A DNA stretch of 64,000 nucleotides. Source: Gemmatimonadaceae bacterium (lineage in GTDB: Bacteria; Gemmatimonadota; Gemmatimonadetes; Gemmatimonadales; Gemmatimonadaceae). The stretch is from contig JBGAJQ010000002.1 of the NCBI GenBank assembly GCA_044224875.1, positions 128,001 to 192,000 of the forward strand. The letters are read 5' to 3'. Below the pieces are notes generated by a model, which did not search any database, was not told the origin of the DNA, and was given only the letters and a program-made list of their open reading frames with translations. This document shows, in pieces, positions 57,282-64,000 of this stretch (within the stretch, counting starts at the first letter, position 1; each line of letters starts with the position of its first letter). The position numbers and the translations under genes are program-made.

Positions 57282-57848
57282 ATGCCGCACGGGGCAAACG
57301 CACTCGCCCAATCGGGTACGCCGGAACACGAACTGGTCAACCGCCTGCGCGCGGGTGACCGGGGGGCGGCTCGCGCCCTGTACGACACGCACGCCCCACG
57401 TGTCTTCCGCGTCATCAACCGTCTGTGCCGGGACGAAGAACATGCTCGTGAACTCACGCAGGACGCCTTCGTTCGCGCCTTTGGAGCCTTGGAGCGGTTT
57501 CGAGGTGAGTCGGCATTCGGGACATGGCTCTTCCGGATCGCGGTCACCGTCACCCTCAACGCCCTTCGAAAGAAGCGCCGAGAGGACATCAGGCGAGTGC
57601 CCTTCGAAGAGACGATGCCCGCGAGGGAGCCGGCGCTCAGCGATCCCGATTTGCGCGAGAGCCTCACGCGGGCGATCGACGAGCTGTCGGAGGCACAACG
57701 CACGGTCTTCGTGCTGCATGCCCTCGAGGGATACACACACGTGGAGATCGGCGAGTTGCTAGGCATTTCCCAAAACACCAGCAAGGGGCGGCTGTTTGAC
57801 GCGCGCGCGGCGCTGCGCCGCAAGCTTGCCCAATTCATGACGGAGTAA
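57282..57848 (+). CDS. ECF RNA polymerase sigma factor
   Basis: ELTQDAFVRAF, FRGESAFGTWLFRI, EGYTHVEIG, SKGRLFDAR. Confidence 0.93.
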   Translation: MPHGANALAQSGTPEHELVNRLRAGDRGAARALYDTHAPRVFRVINRLCRDEEHARELTQDAFVRAFGALERFRGESAFGTWLFRIAVTVTLNALRKKRREDIRRVPFEETMPAREPALSDPDLRESLTRAIDELSEAQRTVFVLHALEGYTHVEIGELLGISQNTSKGRLFDARAALRRKLAQFMTE

Positions 57849-57854
57849 CAGCAA

Positions 57855-58481
57855 ATGTCCGACGACCGACAGGATCGATGGATCGAGGAAACGGCAACGC
57901 GGTGGTACCGGCCGTCGGATCGTGCTCCTCTGGACGAGATGTGGGAGGCGATCGATGCTCGGCTGCCAGTGGATCCGCGCCGGTCGCCGACGCGATGGCT
58001 TGCCGCCCGGCCGTTGTGGATCGGGGCCGTCGCCGCCGCGGCTTGCCTGGTCATCGGGTTTGAGCTGGGACAGTACAGGGCACAGCCTAACGTCGAAGCC
58101 GCATCCGTGCTGGCTGAGTCCACACGCGATTCACTCGACGCCCCGTACGATCACGCGGCCACCACACTGCTAGGCGAGACCGCCATCTTGCTTCGAGCGC
58201 TGCCGGCCTCGCGAACCACCGTCCTATCCAGCGATCGCTTTGCGTCGCAAGCCACGGATCTATTGGGGACGACACGTCTGCTCCTGGACTCGCCAGCGGC
58301 GACCGACCCGCGGCTCCGAGAGCTGTTGCAGGACCTGGAGCTGGTGCTGGCACAGATCGCCACCCTGCATAACGGGAAGAACCAGACGGACATCGACCTC
58401 ATTACCCAGGCGCTTTCCGAGCGCGACATCGTTCCACGCATCCGCCGCGTCGCCGCCGAGCTGGCGACTGGCGGCAACTGA
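57855..58481 (+). CDS. Probable single-TM anti-sigma factor
   Basis: Directly after the ECF; short cytoplasmic MWEAID segment, TM AVAAAACLVIGF, helical C-terminus LLQDLELVLAQI. Confidence 0.7.
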   Translation: MSDDRQDRWIEETATRWYRPSDRAPLDEMWEAIDARLPVDPRRSPTRWLAARPLWIGAVAAAACLVIGFELGQYRAQPNVEAASVLAESTRDSLDAPYDHAATTLLGETAILLRALPASRTTVLSSDRFASQATDLLGTTRLLLDSPAATDPRLRELLQDLELVLAQIATLHNGKNQTDIDLITQALSERDIVPRIRRVAAELATGGN

Positions 58482-58485
58482 GGAT

Positions 58486-60288
58486 ATGCGCATGTTCCTT
58501 CCCGCTAGCGTCTCCAAGAACCCGTTCCGCGCGGGCCGGTGTCGCTTCGTGCACCTCACTAGGGCCCAGGTTCTGACCTCGGTCTTTCTGGGAGCCGTAC
58601 TCTCGGCCGTGCCACTAGCAGCGCAAGTGAAGAAGCCGGTACGTCCAGCGCGGCCAGCCTCACCTCCCCTCGCCACCTCGCCGGACGAGCTGCCTCCCCT
58701 GGGCGCGCCGCGTCCGGATCACCTGGAGTGGGACGCCGAAAGGATGGCGAGGGCTGACGCACTCCAGAGCGACCTCGCCGTATGGCAGGATCGCCTGGAC
58801 GACCAGCGCTGGTCGGTGCAGGGATGGGACATGCGGCGGCAGGCGGCCGCCGCCGAGCGGGACATGCAACGAGCGCTCGCCACGACGGAACGCGAGTGGA
58901 GCGCCGATCAACGCCTCTTCGACCGTGAGCACAGGGCACAGTCGCCGTTGCAGCCGCCGTTAGGCGACCTCGACATGACACTCCACGCGCCGTTCGGTGC
59001 CACCGCGTGGGCGACGGTTGGTGGCGATGCGGGGCAGGTCCCGCCCGGCCAGTGGTCCGACGATCCCGCCGACTCATTGTATCGCCAGGCCCGCGAGTTG
59101 TTGAACCGCGGCGAGTGGCGTCAAGCCGTGTCTGCCTTCCGAGACATCGCGCAGAAATACCCAAACTCGAACTATGTAGCCGACGCACTCTACTGGCAGG
59201 CCTTTGGCCTGTATCGTATCGGTGGGGGAGGCGACCTGCGTCAGGCGTTGGAGCTGCTGAGTGCGCAACGGGCCAAGTATCCCAATGCACGGACGCAGGG
59301 GGATGCATCGGTGCTGGCTACGCGCATTCGCGGAGCGCTGGCGGCGCGCGGCGACGCCGCCGCGGCGGCGCAGATCGCTCGAACCGCAGCCGACTCCACT
59401 CCAAGGTGCGATCAGGAGGACATGGCCGTGCGCGCCGAAGCGCTGAACGCGCTCGCGCAATCGGACCCGGACGGAGCTTCCCAGGTCTTGCAGCGAGTGT
59501 TGGCGCGCCGCGACGAATGCTCGGCCGCGCTTCGCCGGAGTGCGATCTTCATCCTTGGTGGGAAGCGTCGGGACGCTACGACCACAGCGACACTGATCCA
59601 GGTCGCGAAGACCGATCCGTCGCCAGAAGTTCGCGGCACCGCGATCGATTGGCTGGCGAAATTCTCTGGCGACGAGGCACTCACCACGTTGGATGAGTTG
59701 GCTCGTACGGCCGACGATGAGCGCATCCAGCGAGCTGCCGTTCGCGCCTTGGTGATGAATCCAAGTGACAAGGCACGTCAGATGGTTCGCAGCTTCATTG
59801 AGAGAAACGAGACGCCGGAGCGTCTGCGGCTCGAGGGGCTGGGCGCGTTCGACAAGGAACGCGTCACGTCGGACGACATCGCGTGGTTGCGAACATTCTA
59901 TGGACGCACCGACAATCCCCGGATCAAGCAGCGCATCCTGTGGACACTCGGCCGCGTGGGCGGGCCAGAAATCGACCAGTGGTTCCTGGCGATGGTCAAG
60001 AACCCGGACGAAAGCAGCGAGGCGCGCACCGCAGCGCTTCGACGCGTGGGGAAATCAATGGCGGTGGCCGAGCTGGCAAAGTTGTACGACAACTCGTCGG
60101 AGCGTGTCGTGCGCGAGGAGCTGATCGGGGCATTCGCCAATCGTGGAGAAGACGAGGCCACGGACAAGCTCATCGAGATCGTCAAGACAGGCACGGACCC
60201 GAACCTTCGTCGCATGGCGATCAACGCACTGTCGCGAAAGAAGGATGCACGGACCATGAAGTTCCTCCTGGACCTGGTGGAAAAATGA
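58486..60288 (+). CDS. Secreted TPR/BamD-like plus HEAT-repeat protein
   Basis: Signal peptide; ADSLYRQARELL..YPNSNYVADALYWQAF; HEAT repeats (AKTDPSPEVRGTAIDWL, TGTDPNLRRMAINAL). Confidence 0.85.
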   Translation: MRMFLPASVSKNPFRAGRCRFVHLTRAQVLTSVFLGAVLSAVPLAAQVKKPVRPARPASPPLATSPDELPPLGAPRPDHLEWDAERMARADALQSDLAVWQDRLDDQRWSVQGWDMRRQAAAAERDMQRALATTEREWSADQRLFDREHRAQSPLQPPLGDLDMTLHAPFGATAWATVGGDAGQVPPGQWSDDPADSLYRQARELLNRGEWRQAVSAFRDIAQKYPNSNYVADALYWQAFGLYRIGGGGDLRQALELLSAQRAKYPNARTQGDASVLATRIRGALAARGDAAAAAQIARTAADSTPRCDQEDMAVRAEALNALAQSDPDGASQVLQRVLARRDECSAALRRSAIFILGGKRRDATTTATLIQVAKTDPSPEVRGTAIDWLAKFSGDEALTTLDELARTADDERIQRAAVRALVMNPSDKARQMVRSFIERNETPERLRLEGLGAFDKERVTSDDIAWLRTFYGRTDNPRIKQRILWTLGRVGGPEIDQWFLAMVKNPDESSEARTAALRRVGKSMAVAELAKLYDNSSERVVREELIGAFANRGEDEATDKLIEIVKTGTDPNLRRMAINALSRKKDARTMKFLLDLVEK

Positions 60289-61559
60289 GAGTTCATGCGG
60301 CTTTGCTGGCGATCGGATGGATCTGCAGTGGCGAGCTGCCGGCGCAATCGTTGTCGCGTCGCGTGGCGGCCGTCGCCAGCACCAACGTGGAATTCAACTT
60401 TGCCGCGCGTCCCGGCGTGTGCGGGGATGGCCGCACATTCATTCGTGTCGGCGCGGATGTGTACATGGGGCATTACTATGGAAACGCCGGCAGCGCCTGT
60501 GAGGCTGGCTTGGTGCGCGTGCTGATCATTCGCGTAGGTCCGGAACCGGTTCGAATCGAGGACTACGTGGGCCCGATCGCACATGACCCCGATGCGACCG
60601 ACTTAGGGCGCGTACCGGCAGCAGAAGCAGCCGCCTATCTGATGCAGCTGGCGAACGCCGACGACGGTCGCTTGGCTCGCGACGCACTCACGGCGGCGGC
60701 GCTCGCCGACAGCACGCAGCTCGCTGGTCAGCTGCTAGCGATTGCCAAGGATCAATCGAAGTCGCGCGAGTTGCGGCGGAGCGCCCTGACGTGGGCCACG
60801 CGCGCCGGCGTCGAAGGCGGACTTCCAGTCCAGGAGAGCATTCGTGTACTCGCGGACATCGCGCGGGACGCGAACGAGCACCAGTCCATGCGCCAACAGG
60901 CGACTTCGCAGCTGGGCTACTTCGCGCGAGGTGAGGGAATGCCGGCGCTGATCACCATGGCAGGGAACGAATCCGACCCGTGGCTTGCGCGGCAAGCGCT
61001 GTCCGGCCTGATTCGCTCTGGTGACCCGAGGGCGCGTCGGGCGGTGCGGGAGATGGTCACAAGTGAACGAACGTCCGAAGAACTGCGCTCCGCGGCGATC
61101 AACTCTTTGGCTGGCGAGTACGCGACGGCCAAGGACGCGGACCTCATTCGCGACGCGTATCCACGCCTCACAACTGATCGAACGCGCGATGCCGCCATCA
61201 GCGCGGTGGCCAACATCGGTGGAGACCGAGCGCGGGCCTGGCTGGTGAGCTTGACGAAGGACCGGGATGCGGCGATGCGTCAGCGTCGGAAGGCCGCCGA
61301 GCAGTTGAGCCGCAGTGGTAGCAGCAGCGCTGAGATCGGCTCGCTATACGACGCCGTGGAGGATGTGGAGGTCCGCTCCGTGCTCATTGACGTCCTGGCG
61401 CAGAACGGGACCAGGGATGCGGGGACGAAGCTGTTGTCCATCGCCAAGGGCGATCCACAACTCACGTCGCGGCGTCGCGCGATCGGGGCGCTTGGACGAT
61501 TCGAGGATCCCAGCATCAAGAGCGCGCTGCGCGACATTGTGGAACGAGGCTCCCCGTAG
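60285..61559 (+). CDS. Secreted HEAT-repeat protein
   Basis: ATGA overlap; signal peptide; ARPGVCGDG; HEAT repeats (AKGDPQLTSRRRAIGALG). Confidence 0.85.
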   Translation: MRVHAALLAIGWICSGELPAQSLSRRVAAVASTNVEFNFAARPGVCGDGRTFIRVGADVYMGHYYGNAGSACEAGLVRVLIIRVGPEPVRIEDYVGPIAHDPDATDLGRVPAAEAAAYLMQLANADDGRLARDALTAAALADSTQLAGQLLAIAKDQSKSRELRRSALTWATRAGVEGGLPVQESIRVLADIARDANEHQSMRQQATSQLGYFARGEGMPALITMAGNESDPWLARQALSGLIRSGDPRARRAVREMVTSERTSEELRSAAINSLAGEYATAKDADLIRDAYPRLTTDRTRDAAISAVANIGGDRARAWLVSLTKDRDAAMRQRRKAAEQLSRSGSSSAEIGSLYDAVEDVEVRSVLIDVLAQNGTRDAGTKLLSIAKGDPQLTSRRRAIGALGRFEDPSIKSALRDIVERGSP

Positions 61560-61571
61560 CGCAACGCCGGC

Positions 61572-63293
61572 CTAACGAGGGATGAGCGGGACTAAAAGGT
61601 AGGACGGGCGGGCGCGATCGTGGTAGATGGTCTGGTCTGCCACGACCCCGGTTGTGTCATCGGCGATGCTCCCGCCCGTATTCAGGTTCGCGTCAAACTT
61701 TGGGAACGAGCTGGAAGCCACCTCCAGTCGAAGGCGCTCCCCCGGTCGAAACAGGATGCAGGTTCCCCAGTTATCGATCGTGTACGCCTCGGGCTTGCCG
61801 GGCGTCAGGAGTTGCTCCTGACGAGGGTTTTTTGCGTACCGAGCGCGCACCCCGCCGTCGTTCAAGCGCTGGGCAACGCCATTCGGGTACACGATCAGAA
61901 CCTTGGTCAGCCAGTCTGTATCCTTCGCCGACGAAGCGGCGTGAATCGTTGCGCTCAGTGGCCCACACATTTCCGTCGGGCGGTCGAAAGGCTCGGTAGT
62001 ATAGACCAGCAGGTCGTCCCTCCGTTCGACCGACTGATAGTCGTCAGGTCCACCAACCTGACTGAAGTGAGCATCGGTGATCAGGGGCACGGGTTTCGTC
62101 GGGTCGTATCGGTAATGGTCGGGCGCTTCGGCGGCCGGCGGCAGGGTGTCGAGCGTGCCATCGCCATACCGGCTATTGGCCTTTCCCCCACTGTGCAGGT
62201 AGAACTTCGTCCACTTGGTGCGGGCGAGGGGCCACTCGTTCTCGTCGCGCCACGTGTTCTCTCCCATCACGAAAATCCGGACTGGTGGCTCCCGCTCCAC
62301 GCCGTTCGCTGTTCCATTGAGCCAACGATCCAGCCACCGCGCCTGCAGCGACTCCAGATCGATGAGTGCCGTCGGACCAAAGTCGACGTCTCCCATTCTT
62401 GAGCTCTGGTTGATCCGGTGCCCCCACGGTCCAATGAGCAAGCGCTGCCTGGTCTTGATGGAGGGGTCAGCCTTGGGGCCTGTCAGACGCGCAAAGTTCT
62501 GCAGGGTGCCTAACAACACGTCGTCGTACCATCCACTCACGTGCAACATCGGTATTGGACTGTCGAGGATCTTGTCCTGATAGGCTTGACGGTCCCAGTA
62601 GGCGTCGCTTGCGGGGTGATCGAGCCAGTCCTGCCAAGCCTTGATGGAACGACCGACGAAGCGATCGGCCGTGCGGAGCGGACGATGTGCGTACGCGCCC
62701 CACAGGTCCAGCTCGGAGAGATCCTGCGACGTGTGTCCGGAAATGTTCGCCAGCCACGAGATTGTAGCTGGCGAGTAGGCCCCGAACTGCATTGGCCAGC
62801 TCTTGTCGGGATCGGTCGGTGTGACTGCCGGAATCAGCGCGGCAAGCGCCGGCGGCTTTTCGGCTGCGGCGTACAGCTGCACCCAGCCCAGGTAGGAGCC
62901 GCCCAGCATCCCCACCTTGCCATTGGACCACGGTTGTGCGGCCAGCCAGGCAATGGTATCGAATCCATCCTTTCCTTCAGAGACGAGCGGATAGAACACA
63001 CCGTCGGAATCGCCGCGCCCGCGGACGTCCTGCACCACGTACACAAAGCCCCGACCAGCCCAACGCTTGCCGGCCTGAAGGTTTGGTGCGGTGCCGTTGT
63101 CGTAGGGTGTGCGCACCAGGATCACCGGGAACCTTCCCGGTCTGTTCGGTCGATAGACGTCGGCAGACAACTCCACGCCGTCCCGCATCTTGATGCGCGT
63201 GTCGAACTCCATCTGTATCGGGGACTGCGCAGGGATCACCGCGGCGGGCGAAAGTGCGGCAACGATCAGCACGAGTCGGCTTGCTAGCAGCAT
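61572..63293 (-). CDS. CocE/NonD family hydrolase (peptidase S15)
   Basis: MRDGVELSADVYRP, RTPY, QDVRGRGDSDG, GGSYLG, GWYD, IGPWGH, LRLEVASSSFP. Confidence 0.95.
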   Translation of the reverse strand: MLLASRLVLIVAALSPAAVIPAQSPIQMEFDTRIKMRDGVELSADVYRPNRPGRFPVILVRTPYDNGTAPNLQAGKRWAGRGFVYVVQDVRGRGDSDGVFYPLVSEGKDGFDTIAWLAAQPWSNGKVGMLGGSYLGWVQLYAAAEKPPALAALIPAVTPTDPDKSWPMQFGAYSPATISWLANISGHTSQDLSELDLWGAYAHRPLRTADRFVGRSIKAWQDWLDHPASDAYWDRQAYQDKILDSPIPMLHVSGWYDDVLLGTLQNFARLTGPKADPSIKTRQRLLIGPWGHRINQSSRMGDVDFGPTALIDLESLQARWLDRWLNGTANGVEREPPVRIFVMGENTWRDENEWPLARTKWTKFYLHSGGKANSRYGDGTLDTLPPAAEAPDHYRYDPTKPVPLITDAHFSQVGGPDDYQSVERRDDLLVYTTEPFDRPTEMCGPLSATIHAASSAKDTDWLTKVLIVYPNGVAQRLNDGGVRARYAKNPRQEQLLTPGKPEAYTIDNWGTCILFRPGERLRLEVASSSFPKFDANLNTGGSIADDTTGVVADQTIYHDRARPSYLLVPLIPR

Positions 63294-63465
63294 GCGGGTT
63301 CTCGGTCGTTGGCAGCGTAACGGGCGGCAGGTCTGTTTCGCCAAGCCAGGCGTCGATCCCGGATGCGGCGCGAGGGAGAGGCGGTCGGGTTGACACGAAA
63401 CAGGAGGGGCACGCGTAGAATCTCCTGCCGTGCCCTTGCCGAGTCCACCATAGGTCCCAATCGCC

Positions 63466-64000
63466 ATGGTCAACCCCAAGCTCGCCTTCCGCACGCTGTC
63501 CCAGAGCCCGGTCATCACGATCGTCGCCGCGCTGTCCCTGGCGCTCGGGATTGGTGCCAACACCGCCATCTTCTCGCTCTACGACCAGGTCCTCCTCCGG
63601 TCCCTCTCGGTACGCGAGCCGGGACGTCTGGTGAACCTCAGTGCGCCGGGCCCGAAACCCGGGATGCAGTGGTGCGGCAACGCCGGCGGCTGCGACGAGG
63701 TGTTCAGCTACCCGATGTTTCGAGACCTGCAGCGGTTGCAGACGACGTTCACGGGTGTCGCCGCGCACATGGCATTCGAGGCCAACGTGGGAGTGCCGGG
63801 CCAGATCCCAGCGAAAGGGCGAGCCCTCTTCGTGTCCAGCAGCTACTTCAACGTCCTCGGGTTACAGCCGGCAGTGGGTCGCTTGCTGCTGCCTGACGAT
63901 GATCGGGCGCCGGGCACAGGTCCGGTCGCGGTGCTCTCCCACGAGTACTGGGAAACGACGTTTGGCGCCCAGCGGTCGGTCGTTGGTTCTACAATCGTCG
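63466..64000 (+). CDS. ADOP-type ABC permease, 5' part (runs off window)
   Basis: MVNPKLAFRTLSQSP..SLALGIGANTAIFSLYDQVLLR..FSYPMFRDL; absent from the ORF track because it has no stop. Confidence 0.9.
   Translation, partial: MVNPKLAFRTLSQSPVITIVAALSLALGIGANTAIFSLYDQVLLRSLSVREPGRLVNLSAPGPKPGMQWCGNAGGCDEVFSYPMFRDLQRLQTTFTGVAAHMAFEANVGVPGQIPAKGRALFVSSSYFNVLGLQPAVGRLLLPDDDRAPGTGPVAVLSHEYWETTFGAQRSVVGSTIV

Larger units (their letters stand above)
197..61577. repeat. Dispersed, highly iterated heptamer CGTTAGG / CCTAACG
   Basis: 34 exact copies by manual count, 17 per orientation; 26 extend to CGTTAGGC. Confidence 0.85.

Noticed and set aside
58240..58485. Upstream-extended starts in the ORF track (also 59883, 63569, 43662, 31910, 38479, 2013)
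   Set aside because: The extensions overlap neighbouring genes or regulatory regions; downstream starts have an RBS, translational coupling or a signal peptide.
197..61577. GTTAGGC/GCCTAAC matches the integron attC core and inverse-core consensus
   Set aside because: Copies are isolated, mostly inside core genes (rho, PBP1A), and not arranged as inverse-core...core pairs 50-150 nt apart between cassettes; no integrase is present.
63439..63449. CCGAGTCCACC, identical to 11 nt of the ankyrin leader (minus strand 2020-2030)
   Set aside because: None of the flanking stems are present; a single 11-mer match is plausible by chance.
1..64000. CRISPR arrays, tRNA/rRNA, IS elements, prophage or known defence genes
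   Set aside because: I saw no regularly spaced direct repeats, cloverleaf or rRNA signatures, or transposase, integrase or nuclease motifs by eye; a tool-based scan could still find weak cases.

Overview
A GC-rich (about two-thirds GC by eye), gene-dense bacterial chromosomal segment with about 55 CDSs. Gene content suggests Gemmatimonadota or a similar Acidobacteria-like lineage (inference): three ADOP permeases, two with PadR, a TPR-type Ser/Thr kinase, DUF5916, DUF1800/DUF1501 and an ECF/anti-sigma/HEAT cluster. It holds housekeeping genes (msrB, rho, class A PBP, panB), many secreted hydrolases, an mbnP-mbnH-copC-cytochrome c copper cluster, an orphan CheY mini-module, a decayed ars locus and a P450/ferredoxin pair. 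I saw no tRNA, rRNA, CRISPR array, transposase or integrase. Most notable unexplained signals: (1) a structured leader RNA at about 38489-38630 whose two 7-nt hairpin loops are exact complements (kissing loop), upstream of a protein with a basic N-terminal module, with a second leader/module pair at about 1945-2065; (2) the non-palindromic word CGTTAGG(C), found 34 times by hand in both orientations; (3) a His/Cys-rich DUF2946-like uORF ending in NGPP plus a four-hairpin spacer before mbnP. All protein calls come from motif recognition, not database searches.
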